A stretch of 64,000 nucleotides of DNA from Octopus sinensis (GCF_006345805.1 NC_043003.1:86614001-86678000), one strand, 5' to 3'. Positions 1 to 14,925 are shown, counted from the first letter of the stretch. Numbers and translations: made by a program. The notes: generated by a model from the sequence alone, not told the origin.

Positions 1-199
1 CATGCGCATTCAGTTTCATCTTTATACATCAAGAATTCAAATCGAATACCCTCAAGCAACGTGCCAAGCCAGAGTAGTATAGCAGTGAATAAGATCAAAT
101 GTATACTATGTTCTTCCTGGTTTGGGTCTTTGACTGCCATTTTTAGCATGTAAGGAATCCACATGGTGATTTTCTTTCCGTGTATATTTCATACACTAT

Positions 200-334
<135 letters not shown>

Positions 335-2192
335 TAGTAAATTTCTATTGTTATTACTTCGTTTCATTCCTTCATTTTGGATATCTCAAGCTACTTCCAT
401 ATTCTATCAACTTCTCTAAAATCTTCTATAACATTAGTTTCAAAAGTATTAGGAGAACACTGAGTAGATTAAAGAACTTTTGTGTCAATCAAATAATATC
501 ACTAAATAAGGTCTGAATTGATTTAAATTGCTATACAGAGTAAAATGTTTATAGTATCTAGAAATGATATTGGTTCGTGTGAAACTCGGTAGAAGAATCT
601 GTCAGTGATTAAATGTGAACTAAGCGGATTAACATTCACAATAATATCTATACTGTCACAGAGTATCTGTAGAAGGGGAGAAATTGTAAGCAGTTATTGG
701 ATAAATAATTGAAAAATCTGTTTCCGAATTGGGCTCTAAATATCATTAACTGTGAATCTCGGTGTGACGAAAAGAAGTAATGTTTTGCGCGTAGCAACTT
801 TGTGATTCTAAATTGTTCATACGTCCTGCGAATGAAAACATTGCAGCTGAGCTTCGGGGAGGTGCTGGTAGAGCCAAAGCAAAAGTAGGGAGATATACTG
901 AATATAATAAATATAAAAACAAATCATAAAGAAAAATATATATAAATGGATTTTGTATGTTATCCAAAAGATGGGAGTATTGTGATATTAATGGTGTCGT
1001 GATCAACTGATAAAGATGTGGGTGTATGTGTGCGCGCGTGTATATGTGTAGAAAAATATCATGTGTGTATATGCATACACTCGTTTGTGTGTGTGTGTGT
1101 GTGGCGATACGAAAAAAATATTGGGGCTATGATAACTTATATGTATATTATTATGTGATTGATCAACTCTAGAAAATGAAAGATTCCGCAACATATTTTT
1201 TCTATTAACCAAAAAATCTTGGGTGAAGTGAATCAAAGAAAAATCAAATTAGCAAGATGATGCATACGAAAATGAGAAACTCAAGCTTTTAGGCTTAAAT
1301 ATAAACTTATATGGACTCGTGAATGTTAATACAAGCACACACACACACGTATCCACCTTTACAGAGATACACAGCGAGTAAGAAGAAAGTAGGCAAAGAA
1401 CAATAGATATGTTCCTTATGTAAGCCATTCATTTCTCACATCGATCCAACACAAAACTTCGAGTAGGAATTGATGCAGAGAATATACAACGCTCCTTTAT
1501 AAGAAAAGTAAACTTGTCAAAGTTGGTTATCAATGCAATGTATCTGATTTTGTTCGCAGGAACTACCATCTCATCCAATATATGATTTCTTACTTAAACA
1601 ATCAATTACTATGAATCTGTTCGAGGGGAAGTAGCAATCGATTAAAATCGATTCCAGTTACTTGAGTGCTACTTGTTTCATCGATAAAGCAAAGTCAACT
1701 CCGATGGAAAATACTGAAAGTAAAGATAATTATATACCATGGAGTACTTTCTCTGTCGTTTAACAAGTCTGTCACCTACTTATCCCTATATCGCATTTAA
1801 AATACAAAATGTCGAAAGCAAGACAAAAGAAACAATATTGCAAGATGGTCATTTTAAATGCACCTTTAAATTGTTGAAAAAAGGTACATTTAGTAGCTGA
1901 TATGTAGAACCCCACAACATATACGCCAGTGTTCTGCTACTTTTTTTATCGACCCTGCAATATAAAACAAAATTGACTCTTGAATAATTTAATGTGTATG
2001 AATGGAGGAAGCTAAATATTGTAAGTTGTTCTGTTTTGGAGGCTTCGGCGCCCTAACAGAGGAACAAAAGCAATCATCAATATTGATGTAATTGGCAGAA
2101 ACAAGAATCAGGAAACTGAGAATGTACCAAAGCTGATAGAGGATACAGATTCCTAACGCAGCATTGTGAAATGCGTCCGTTAACAGCCGCTT

Positions 2193-2315
2193 GAAGAAGA
2201 AGAAGAAGAAGAAGAAGAAGAAGAAGAAGGAGGAGGAGGGGAGGAGGAGGAGGAGAAGAAGAAGAAGAAGAAGAAGAAGAAGAAGAAGAAGAAGAAGAAG
2301 AAGAAGAAGAAGAAG
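2193..2315. repeat. (GAA)n/(GGA)n microsatellite
   Basis: Directly visible triplet runs. Confidence 0.95.
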
Positions 2316-2348
2316 CAGTTGTGAGGCATTTTAATCTGAAATACCTAT

Positions 2349-2579
2349 TTCTTTACTACCCACAAGGCGCTAAACACAGAGAGGACAAACAAGGACAGAC
2401 AAACGGATTAAGTCGATTATATCGACCACAGTGCGTAACTGGTACTTATTTAATCGACTCCGAAAGGATGAAAGGCAAAGTCGACCTCGCCGGAATTTGA
2501 ACTCACAACTTAGCGGCATACGTAATACCACTAAGCATGTCGCCCGGCGTGCTAACGTTTCTGCCAGCTCACTGCCTTA
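2349..2579 (-). mobile_element. tRNA-derived SINE, family A, near full length
   Basis: Reverse complement matches the + copy at 34709: head AAGGCxGxGAGCTGGCAGAAACGTTAGCAC, B-box-like GAGTTxAAATTCC, central GTCGACTTTGCCTTTCATCCTTTCGG..GTCGAT..AAGTACCAGT. Confidence 0.9.
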
Positions 2580-2593
2580 AGACTGCCATAATA

Positions 2594-2805
2594 ACGGTTT
2601 CAAATTTTGGCACAAGGTCAGCAGTTTTGAAGGAAGCAAGAAATCGATTACATCTACCCCAGTGCTAACCTTGTACTTATTTCTTCGAACCCGAAAGGGT
2701 GTGAGGTGTAGTCGACTTCAGTGGAATTTGAACTGAGAACGTAAAGACGGACGAAAAGCTGCTAAACTTTTTGTCAGGTGTGCTAACGATTTCTCCAGCT
2801 CGCCG
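2594..2805 (-). mobile_element. SINE family A, diverged copy
   Basis: Same head and central block, more mismatches. Confidence 0.8.
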
Positions 2806-4177
2806 ATATAAGAATGATCTATTTTCATAATCAATGTAAACATATAATTGCGTCCCAGGACAGTATTTGTAGTATTTGCACGTCTTGATTCAGATATCTA
2901 TACGGAATAGACTCTATATAATCTAGGATAGTTATCCGTGACAGGGTGATAATTTTTGATAAATTGTCATGTTCTAGGCAAGAAGATGAATGTAAAATGA
3001 ACAAATTTCAGCTGCAGTTGAAGTTCCCATACGATATTAACATTTCTGCGCTCGTTCTAAGTTTTTAAAGTAATATATTTAGGCTAATATAACTGGTTGT
3101 TGTTTGGCCTGTTTAACACATTAAATTTAGAATTATGCTTGAAACATTGGGGAAAAATATCTTTTTTCAATGCACTTTGCCAGTTTTGTATTATTTTAAA
3201 ATAATTTAGAGATAAAATCAAATAAGAATAGAGATGACTTTTCTTGGTGTAATCTCCTTTACACAAATACATAGAAAACAACACTGCTGACTTGCCAGTT
3301 TCCGAAAATAGAAATTGGTACTTATTAAATAACAATGACAACAATCATTTATTCTGTGTATTGCGGTAATTATTGAAATTGCAATGGTTAGATAAAAGTT
3401 CAATCGTTGATGTGATATAGTTAACTGAATTGACTCCTCTATATTACTAGTGCTAATTACATCTCCATCGGAATCGAACAGTTAATGGGCATAATTGATC
3501 TCAGAGAAGAGTATGGAGACAAAACTAAATACTTCTGTATTGCTTCTGTTAAAAAAACAATTTCTAATTCAATTGCCGCCACGAAGTACGATCAGCCCCA
3601 CTACCCACCCAAGAAAATTAAAGAATAAAACCACTATTGGATTTGAATACTACACTTGTCAATTATTTGAGATCTAGAATGATTGCTACTAATTTTTTTA
3701 TTGAACACTATTTTAAACATTAGATATATTAAACATTCAAATAAGTTAAATAAACAGACTTGGACTATATATTTACTTCAATGGGAATGTTTGACTTAGC
3801 AAAGGTACTTTAAAAAATTCTGCTTGATTGCAGTCAACACAATATTAAAATAAATGCTGTTTATATATGTACTATTTTTGTTCTGAAGAAAAAAGTTTCT
3901 TTCACAGAGGTTATATCAAATATTAATCGAAAAAAATACTCCAAATCTCTCGAGTACTGTACATATATACGGAGAGCTCTTTAAACAAATTTCTGACTGA
4001 TACTGATTTAGTTTGTTTGCCTACTAGATAAGCAGCATCTCGTCGGAGATCTGGACGGCTGAACTGAGAGGATTTCAAGTTATCAGTCGAATAGTTGATG
4101 GCACAAATCATTTTAGTTGTAGGTAATTAATAATCTCAAGCTATTAGAACACTCATTCGATAATAAAACGCATATCG

Positions 4178-4331
4178 CGTTACGTTCTGAGTTCAAATTC
4201 CGCCGAGGTCGACTTTGCCTTTCAGCCTTTCGGGGTCGATAAATTCAGTACTAGTTGCGTACTGGGGCCGATCCAATGGTCTGCCCCCATCCCCCGAAAT
4301 TTCGGGCCTTGTGCCTAGAGTAAAAAAGAAT
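4178..4331 (+). mobile_element. SINE family A, 5'-truncated
   Basis: GTTCTGAGTTCAAATTCCGCCGAGGTCGACTTTGCCTTTCAGCCTTTCGGGGTCGATAAATT...CCTTGTGCCTAGAGTAAAAAAGAAT. Confidence 0.88.
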
Positions 4332-5433
4332 AAAACGTATGCAGACTTTACGGGACACATTATAGTCAGTCTTCACGAAGTACTTTTGCCAAAAGTGTTC
4401 AACAACTATTAATATAAATTACGCATTATTAGAGCGTTTCAACATAAGTCTGTAGAGTAAAAGATTATACGGAAAGCGTTAACTTCTGATACATGATATA
4501 AGGAAGATATTCTTCAACTGATCTCGTGGCAAATTTCTCAAACAATCACTTTAATAATAATTATGATTACTCTTATTACACCAGATTTAGTGAATGCTTC
4601 ATTATTTTTCAACATATTAAGGCCCTAATCTGTTTGTTTTAATAAATTATCAGTAATTCCTCTTTAATGTGTGTATTCTATTTTGAAAAATCTTGTTAAC
4701 GTGTATAGAAATGTTCTAAATTTCGATAATGAGCATTTCATATCACAGGAACACTAACATTAAAGTGATTATTATGTTACTCCGCTAAAGCTGACAGTGT
4801 GATAATTACTAAATACTATGTTTTAAGCCCAGGAAAAATTTCCTTCTAACATTTAGACATAATTAGTCGTCGATAGTTGTTGCTGTTTAACCCAAGGACG
4901 GCTTTGAACAAGCAGAACTTCTTATGGAAAACGCTCTATGTGTGACGATCTCATCATTTTTTTTAATTCCTGACAATACCTTATTAGAAATTCGAGAGAC
5001 AGCATAGAATCTTCTCTCGACAGCGCAGAAGCTTCTCTTAAGTTGCTTCAGTTACTCAACTTACTTTTATTTATTTACTGATTCACTCAATTTGTCAAAG
5101 TCAATGATAAATAAAACATCCCCATTTCCGGTAAGTTGGCAGCCTACGATAATACAGCCGCGATGAATTCGTATCAGTTAACGCATTAAATACTGATATA
5201 CTTCATCTTGGTACTAGGGCTTATGTTCCCGATGTTAAGTTAGTTGTAGTTATGTTTCATCCTTTCTTGCAGATTAAAATCTTGCCGGAGTCCCAGCTTT
5301 CAGGAAATGTATTTTCTTCACATCACTCACTAGTTTGCAAATTTATGATATATTTAATACCGCAAAGATAAAGCTTCTGCGTAATTAGAATTCAACATGA
5401 AAATGAATATAATGAAGCGAAAATACTTCACTA

Positions 5434-5500
<67 letters not shown>

Positions 5501-5502
5501 TA

Positions 5503-5766
5503 TAACAAACGAGAGAAAATAGAACCCACGAGATTCTTTATTAATCACAACGATCGCTTTGGCTTATTTGGCATTGTTCTCTCGAGGGTGAGATTCTGGC
5601 CAGGTGGTTGTGGTACATCCTTCGGTGTAGATATGTCTCGTCCGGTGCACCACAACCAGCTGTCCAGAATCTCACTCGCGAGAGACAGACACTAGATGGG
5701 TCGGAACGATCATTGTAATTAATAAAGAATCTCGTGAGTCCCATTTTCTTTATCCCTCATTTGTTA
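5503..5766. mobile_element. Fold-back (MITE-like) element
   Basis: Outer arms about 5503-5560 / 5707-5766 (CACGAGATTCTTTATTAAT / ATTAATAAAGAATCTCGTG); inner arms about 5578-5620 / 5644-5685; adjoins (TA)n. Confidence 0.75.
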
Positions 5767-5789
5767 TGTACTCGACAGAGACGGAGGAA

Positions 5790-6044
5790 GTAAATCCGGT
5801 GGCATTTATATTCATACAATATATGGGACCCCCTTCGGTCATGAATGACCAAGGGATTGCACTTAGAAATTTACCCTCCGAGGCGCAAGTCCGAGCAAGG
5901 TTGTTTTGTGGAAGGCCAGCAGTCGCCCATGCATACCAGCTTCCTCTCTCCACACCACTGATATTATCCAAGGGAAAGGCAAAGGCCGATAAAGCTTCGC
6001 ATCAGTGATGTCACAACTCATTTCTACAGCTGAGTGAACTCGAG

Positions 6045-6048
<4 letters not shown>
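5790..6048 (-). mobile_element. SINE family C-type, 3' portion
   Basis: Reverse complement TTGCTCGAGTTCACTCAGCTGTAGAAATGAGTTG...GGTCATTCATGACCGAAGGGG; recognised as a SINE body by pattern only; head absent. Confidence 0.55.
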
Positions 6049-6077
<29 letters not shown>

Positions 6078-6258
6078 TTCACTCTTTTACTCTTTTGCTT
6101 GTTTCAGTTATTTGACTGTGGCCATGCTGGAGCACCGTCTTTAGTCAGCCCGAGGCTATAGTAGAAGACTCTTGCCCATGGTGCCATGCAGTGGGGCTGA
6201 ACCCGGAACCATGTGGTTGGTAAGCAAGCTACTTACTTACCACACAGCCATTCCTACG

Positions 6259-6260
<2 letters not shown>
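6078..6260 (-). mobile_element. SINE family B, internally deleted
   Basis: Head and 3' tail match the full copy at 29136-29540; middle missing. Confidence 0.85.
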
Positions 6261-6328
<68 letters not shown>

Positions 6329-6362
6329 CATATATATATATATACATATATACATATATATG

Positions 6363-6396
<34 letters not shown>

Positions 6397-6443
6397 TGTA
6401 TGTATGTTTGTATGTATGTATGTATGTTTGTATGTATGTATAT
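6261..6443. repeat. (TA)n/(TATG)n microsatellite
   Basis: Directly visible. Confidence 0.95.
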
Positions 6444-7145
6444 AGTGACACCATCGTTTCCGGTCACCAAATTTCAGTTTATATGATATTTTTAACCCGA
6501 TACCATATTAGAAGACACCTACCCAAAATGCCATTCAGAGGGATCGAATTTAGTCTTAACATATGCAACTTATTCTTTATATCTTTCATGTAAATATGAC
6601 CAGTAATGGTTCAATAATATTTCAATATAGAACTTTGTCTATCATGCAAGCATTATACAAAGTCGACACTGTAACATCTCGGCCAGCTACGTCTTTTTGA
6701 AAATAACAGATAAAGTAATTTTGTCCTAGCTTTGGCTTTGTGGCGCCAGACTTATAGCACCGTACTGATTTAAGAGCCTATGGAAATAACATTCAATGCC
6801 ATTCAATAACTTCTTCATTCGATATTTTCGGTTGTATGGACATAGGATACGAATACTAAAGTTTTATTATTCATCTGGTGTTTTCTTCCCCTTCCTCCGC
6901 TATACACATATCTTTGTGATTTTATTATTACTGTGTTTACACAGCTTTGCATATAATTTAGATGTGACTGTCCTTATGGGAATATATGTCGTATAATGGG
7001 GGTAATGTTTGCATTTCTTTGACGCATTAGCATTAGGAATTCCTTCGGGATGACCCCAACATGAATTTTCCGAATGTTTATAATTCATATTCTGTTGCAC
7101 ACATAACGCTTCCAATAACATTTACAAATATGGCTGACCAAAAAA

Positions 7146-7146
7146 C

Positions 7147-7197
<51 letters not shown>

Positions 7198-7231
7198 GTG
7201 TGTGTGTATATACATATATATATATACATGC

Positions 7232-7279
<48 letters not shown>

Positions 7280-7327
7280 GTATATATACATATATACACA
7301 TATATACATGCATATATACGCAAATAT

Positions 7328-7372
<45 letters not shown>

Positions 7373-7565
7373 ATGTATGTATATGTATGTATATATATGT
7401 ATAATACATATATATATACACATATATGTATATACATATATATATATTATATATCATATAAAAGATATATCATTAATTATATATACATGATACTAAAGTG
7501 TGTGAGTGTGTGTGCGTGCGTGTGTGCGTGCGTGTGTGTGTGTGTATGTGTGTGAGTGTGTGTGC

Positions 7566-7625
<60 letters not shown>
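7146..7625. repeat. Compound (TA)n/(TG)n microsatellite
   Basis: Directly visible. Confidence 0.93.
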
Positions 7626-8319
7626 ATATTTAGATCGTTCTAGTATCGCTTATCAGATATCGTTATTTCAATCAGTAAGCGAATCTCGAATATTATTATG
7701 ACAATACCAAGTTAATTAGTTCTTATCTCAACGTCTGTGTTTTCTTGTATATTCTACTGGACAGTAGTGTAATTATTCGCAATTACTTCATATGATTATG
7801 CATAAATAACTTCAATTCTGTTTGGAATCCTAATTGCTTGCATATTTTCCATCATTCTCCCATTATATTTCCATGTTCTTTTGTATTTTTTTCCTATGTT
7901 TCTTTAACGTTTTTTCTCTCTATCATAAATATAATTGTTCTCTGTCTGTACTAGAATCCTGTAATGAGGACATCAAACCCTAATCTCATTCGACAGCAGC
8001 AAAACACATTCACAGCATATGTTGAAGAAGCATTGAAAACTTTGCGCTTTCTATTTATGAATACATAAATAAAACAATATCAGTTTCTACAAATGTTAGG
8101 CCTCAGCTTCTGACCATGTTTTATTGCAATGTTCTGTATCTGTTGTATAATTAAAACAAATTTCTAACCGCTAAACTTCTCTTTGGGGTCAGACATTGCT
8201 CACTATCTCCTCTTGTGACTTATAGAGTACTGAGGTGTTCATATTTCTATTCTGAGGAACTACTACACATGCGAATTTTAGAAATCCTGTCTTTTTGCTT
8301 TATTTGTTCTCTTTTTCTA

Positions 8320-8722
8320 TATTTTTACTCTTTTACTTGTATCAGGCATTGGATTGTGGCCATGCTGGGGCACCACGTCGAAGCGTTTAGTCAAACAGAT
8401 CGATCGCAGTACTTATATAAATCAGGTAATTGCTCTATCGGTGTGTTTTGCCGAACAGCTAAGTTACGGGTATGTAAACACACCAGCATCGATTGTCAAG
8501 CGATGTTAGGGGGCGGGACAAACACAGACACATATATATATATATATATATATATAGATATATACGACGAGCTTCTTTCAGTTTCTGTCTAGCAAATCCA
8601 CTCACAAGGTTTTGGTAGGCCCGAGGCTATAGTAGAAGACACTTGCCCAAAGTGCCACGCAGTGGAACTGAACCCGGAACCATGTTGTTGGTAAGCAAGC
8701 TACTTACCACAGAGCCACTCCT
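8320..8722 (-). mobile_element. SINE family B, near full length
   Basis: Reverse complement collinear with 29136-29540 (GGAGTGGCTxTGTGGTAAGTAGCTTGC...CCAGCATGGCCACAATCC...AAAAGAGTAAA). Confidence 0.9.
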
Positions 8723-8789
8723 ATTATAATAATGATATAATATTATGTTAATAAATTAACATATGTAAGTTTAAATTCTTTTTTGTTTC

Positions 8790-9538
8790 AATGTATTTAC
8801 ACAAAAGCAGGGGATAAACTAGTACGTCATTTTTCTGTATATTCTTCTTCCTTTTAGATGCGCTTGATCCAGCAGTCAACAAGCTTCTGTAATCCCTCAA
8901 AGAAGAAGGTTTTCGGATGGTCGTGCAGCCATTTATGCACCGCTCCCTTCACATCATCCACAGGAAATCGATGATCTCGTAAACTATCTTTGAGCAGTCC
9001 AAAGATATGGTAGTCGGGAGGGGCGAAATCTGGACTGTAGGCTGGCTGTTCCAGCAACTCAACGTCCACTTGGTTAATAGTTTCAACGGTCTGGGCAGCC
9101 GTGTTTGGGCATGCGTTGCCATGCGGCAACAAAACTTTCTACGGCAATAGGTTTCGGCGATTGGTGTGAATTGCTGGCTTCGGTTTCTTGGCCAGCAGAG
9201 CATTGTATCTTGCACTGTTGATCGTACATCCCTTTTCCAGGTAGTCTTCCAGTATACGCCCTTTTGAGTCCCAAAAAAGGGATAGCATCACCTTTCCTGC
9301 GGAAGACTAAGTTTTGAAATCCTTCGTCGCTGGCGAACCAGGATGTTTCCACTCTATACTCTGTCTTTTGGATTCTGGCTCATAATAATGGACCTATGTT
9401 TCATCTGTGATTATTCTGCTCAAAATTGCCTCACCCTCATTGTTGTAGCGATCGAGTAAACGTTGGCTCTTTGAAGACAGTGTGACAATGATAAAGATGT
9501 GTTATGGCGACAGTGCGGATAATTTTTTACTTTGCCTC

Positions 9539-9539
<1 letters not shown>
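8790..9539 (-). mobile_element. mariner (DD34D-type) transposon, internally deleted and decayed
   Basis: Translations include IITDET*VHYYEPESKRQSIEWKH, SAGKVMLSLFWD and PAYSPDFAPPDYHIFG; 5' TIR CGAGGCAAAGTAAAAAATTATCCGCAC next to TA at 9540-9541. Confidence 0.9.
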
Positions 9540-9586
<47 letters not shown>

Positions 9587-10262
9587 AACGGAAATTGAAA
9601 GAAGCTTGTCTTCCCATCGACCACAAATACTTTCCCCCATCACTTCCCCTTCCCTCCACACTATCCTATTCCTCTCTCTCTCTCTCTCTCTTTCTCTTTC
9701 TCTCTCTGACTCGGTCTAAATGGTCCTATTGAAAACCATTTGTGAAATGACCCCGCTTAAACTATTTACTTGTAGACTCTCCCACTCCGTTATATTTTTT
9801 TGTTGTCCTATTTTCTTATATTCCTAATTTCTCTTCATAATTATATTTTCCACTCAAACTGTGCTCTCTGCGTATTGTAATCCAATTCTCAGTGTATTAA
9901 CATGGGCCTCCTAACGACAAGCTAAACTTCATATAGTCAAAATACCTTTGACCTGAAGGGTAGCTTGCAGTATACGCCTCTCTTGGATATATGCTACTAT
10001 GGAACATATGTGAGCCAGATTTTATCTACTCCTTTCCTTAACTCTTGGATTTTTATTCGCATACTCAACAACCCTGGCTGCCGACCGTGAAATGTAAAAT
10101 GTTTGTTTTCAGCTTATCGTACTTTGATAGGGGAAAAATTCAAAACCTTCCGAACCAATAAAGCATTAATCTTACCGAAAGTTTTTTTTATATATATACA
10201 TCTACTAATTGCTTGAAGTTCACTATATTCCTACACCTCGTTCCTTGGATCTTACATTCATA

Positions 10263-10389
<127 letters not shown>

Positions 10390-10399
10390 CGTGCGATAA

Positions 10400-10460
10400 C
10401 CAGGCTACCATTGGTTTCATGTTATGAGAAATATAACTCATAGCAATTATCAAACTTTGG
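10400..10460 (-). ncRNA. Decayed type I hammerhead ribozyme
   Basis: Minus strand: CCAAAGT-TTGATAA-TTGCTATGAG ttatattt CTCATAACAT-GAAA-CCA A TGG-TA-GCCTGG; core has two transitions from CTGATGA. Confidence 0.5.
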
Positions 10461-10947
10461 TGTTCGTCTCTATCTGGGATGAAAACGGATTAAAATCACA
10501 TGATGTTGCTCGAGATTTTGGAGTAAACAAGCATCTATTCATATATGGGAACAACTTCCAAATAATTATCTCCCTTACATTCAAATTGATGTTTATTTTT
10601 ATGATTTGTTCATACATACACATATACACAAATATCCACTGGCTCACATAATTATACCTGCATTATGCGTTTTTAGTACGTGCACTAAATAGTTCATATT
10701 TGCATACGTGTGCGGAGTTTCACATGGTTTTTCACATATGAATCTCCGCAATCATGTGCAGACAACACGCATAAGCACACTATGGGCTTCCACACAGCAT
10801 CTGACTTACTCTGACGTTACTGGTTCAGCCCAGGATTTTACACTTACTTAAGATACCGAAGTTGCAATTAGAAACTACATAGTTGGAAAGTGAACTTTTA
10901 AAGCTCACAACCAAATCAAATATTCATTCATCTACTAACGACAACAG

Positions 10948-11756
<809 letters not shown>

Positions 11757-11759
<3 letters not shown>

Positions 11760-12153
11760 AAATGATATGTGACAATTATTCGGTAGCCAAGATAAAACTC
11801 TGAGTTTCGGATGCCGATGTGGAAATCCAAGCCACCATGTCTTCGGTTATCATATATATATATGAAAGAAGGTTTGAAAATGCATACACATCACCCGGAT
11901 AAATCCAACACGCACGGACACACACAGAACCCCTAACAAACACAACACATGTATGTGTGAGTGTGTTGTGTTTGTCGGAAGATGGCCAGATAACCAAAGA
12001 GATGGCGGTGTGGATTTCCATTCCACCTCGGCATCCGAAACTCAGAGTTTTATCTTGGCTACCGAATAATTGTCATATTATTTTACAGATAAATTTCCTC
12101 TGTTTACATAATATTGAGGTATCTTTCTTTCTTTTGTTATCTTACCATTTTTA

Positions 12154-12157
<4 letters not shown>
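11757..12157. mobile_element. Miniature PLE-like element: two inverted arms, each with a decayed hammerhead
   Basis: 11757-11851 is the reverse complement of about 11989-12087; HHR motifs at 11791-11851(-) and 11989-12054(+); (TA)n on both sides. Confidence 0.7.
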
Positions 12158-12240
<83 letters not shown>

Positions 12241-12721
12241 TTACATATACACATGCACAAATATATATATACGCATTATATACATACACACACATATATG
12301 CACATAAACATATATGCGTGTATGTGTGTATAATATATACATTTGTCTCTCAAATTCTCTGTCTCTCTCTCTCCAAGTGTGTGTGTGTGTGTGTGTGGTT
12401 GTGTGCGCATGCATTACTGTTACTATAGTTCCTACACCCCTCAATTACCTAATTATGTATTACCATTACCGAAGTCCTTTTTCCTCTCACTCTCCTCTTT
12501 TCATCAACTTCATGTTCAGCTTATCACATTTACAGCAATTTCCTAATCGCTTCATCAAATATATGTGGTTTATCCCGAAGCTAATGGCGTCCAGACTGAA
12601 TATTTTAAAACATTGACCTTCTCCTATGTTAGAGACGTTTCGTCAATTCTTCACGTAACGCAAGGGAAATTAATAATGATTTCGAGTTTTGCACAAGACA
12701 AAGTAATTTTAGGTGAAGGTA

Positions 12722-12910
12722 ATTAGTCAACTTCATCGATCCCAGTACTTGGCTGGTTGTTTATTTTATCGACTGCGAAAACATGGCAGGTAATTTGAAC
12801 TCAGAATGTAAAGACGGACGAAATGCAAATGATTTATTGACTCTACATGCTCACCGTCTCAATAATGATGACGACGACGATGATGATGGTGATGATGATG
12901 ATAATAATAA

Positions 12911-12941
<31 letters not shown>

Positions 12942-13140
12942 AAGAAGAAGAAGAAGAAGAAGAAGAAGAAGAAGAAGAAGAAGAAGAAGAAGAAGAAGAA
13001 GAAGAAGAAGAAGAATTTTTTCTACTATAGGCACAAGGCCTGAAAGTTTGGGGGAGACCGTAAGTTGATTACATTGACTCCAGTGCTCAACTGGTACTTA
13101 TTTTATCGAACCCGAAAGGATGAAAGGTAAAGTCGACATT
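12722..13140 (-). mobile_element. Two SINE family A fragments separated by (GAT)n/(GAA)n
   Basis: Central and 3' SINE blocks at 12722-12860 and 13016-13140; (GAA)n at about 12913-13015. Confidence 0.75.
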
Positions 13141-13239
13141 TAAAATAATAATAATGATTATGACAATGACGAGGAGGGTTGATGATGAGAAGGAGGAGGA
13201 GGAGGAATCTAAAATGTTTAATAACAACAGCTTTTTTCC

Positions 13240-13570
13240 AAGATATATTACAGAAAAATTAATTGAAAAAGTAAAACCATTCCATGACCATCACTTGCAA
13301 GAAATTAAACGGAGAAAGTAAGCCAGATTGAAATTCATCGGTGGTTCCATAGTTCTGTGACGACAGCAGAAAGAGGCCTGATTGAGCAACACAAGATTGA
13401 TGACTAAAAATATAATAATGAAAATTGATGTTCATATTAAATGCTTACTATGCGACTCATGCAATGAGAAAATTGACTTCATCTCTGACGGACCAATTCT
13501 TGTTAGGACCAAGTATATTTACAGACATGCTCGTGTTTGCATCTAGGTTCACTTAGCAATGCGCTGACAA
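13240..13570 (+). pseudogene. R4/Dong-like LINE fragment (pre-zinc-knuckle region)
   Basis: Decayed frames resemble E-GLI..QD..MTKN..KI..CLLC..CNEKID..IS...LVRTKYIYRH. Confidence 0.55.
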
Positions 13571-14596
13571 TGCATTGTAAGAATGACTTAGAAATCGGTT
13601 ATGCAAGTATCAAACACGTTACATGGCAATTGTTGGAGTATAAATATCTATGAAATGGCTACTCTCTAAACTGAAAAGGACACCAAGGTAAACCATCCAG
13701 ATTCAGTCATTAAGGACTGGAGCGAACATATCTGCCCTTTTATAGCCATAGCCATGTCTCATCCTCCTAGCGAAAATATCGCCGAGAAAGAGGAAAGGGA
13801 CGGAGAACTGACAAAGAATATTGGTTTTACGTTTAAGAATTTGTTTTGCAAGATTCCTGATGTGAAATCGTGTGTTGAAGCAGATATTGTTATATTTCAA
13901 GACGTCTCATGTTTTCCTCGCCAAACAAACACACGCTCTATATATTCATTCTTCGTTCGTTTATTATTGTTCTTATTTTATCTTATGTTCATTGTCTGGA
14001 AATCATTTGTTACACATCTGAGACCTCTTTAGTGACTCTTCCTTCTTCGTGTATCCTCCTGTTCTCTTTAGACCAAAGACGAAATATTTCCAGATAAGAT
14101 AAAATACGAACAATAATAACCGGGTGAAGAACGAATATATAATGCGTCCAGAAATATAACAATATATTGACTTTCATATTGAAATTACCTCTATTGGGGT
14201 TATGAATGTATGTGAAGTAGTATCAAAATTAATTGGATCATGAGGTATAATAAAGAAAATGAGAAAAAATATAAAAGCATATACCAACGTTCACAAATTG
14301 CATAATCTAAAGTATAGTCCTGCTAGACACGGTCCATATTTTACTCAATACACTTTGAATTCAATAATACAACTCAAACGGTAACTCTTTGCACACAACG
14401 CATATATATTAAGCATTCTTGCCCTAGTACAATCACGCTCATATGCTATAAAATGGCCACACAACTCATATGATGTATACATCATCAACAAATAAGATAA
14501 CATAAATTCGACATAACCACACATTGTGTTATTTTATTCTTTATGAATATGTATCATGATCATGATCATGATCATGATCATCATCATCATTGTTAA

Positions 14597-14925
14597 TTAT
14601 TTCATTAAATCACTGCGCAAGCTGTCGGAAAAAATTCCTGATATCAGGCTACAACACGTAACCTTAGATGCGAACCTAAGTCGACTAGCTGTTCCTAATA
14701 ATACTTTTTCTGGAGCTCCACCAAACATAGATTTTGTACTTATTTTCTCTATCCATTTGTTCACATCTTTAGCAATAATTGCTAATGCAACTATAGGGAT
14801 ACAATCTACCCGCATTTCCTTTAACCTCTGTAACTTAGAGGCAAGGTCCTGGTACTTTGCTATTTTCTCTATATCTTTCACATTGACTTTTTCATCATTT
14901 GGAATTGTAAAAATTGCCTAGCACT
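14597..14925 (-). pseudogene. R4/Dong-like LINE, restriction-like endonuclease C-terminus
   Basis: EKIAKYQDLASKLQRLKEMRVDCIPIVALA...VLLGTAS; ends near an (ATC/ATG)n run. Confidence 0.85.

Noticed and set aside
780-900. GC-richer island as a host exon
   Set aside because: No convincing splice-site pair or recognisable domain.
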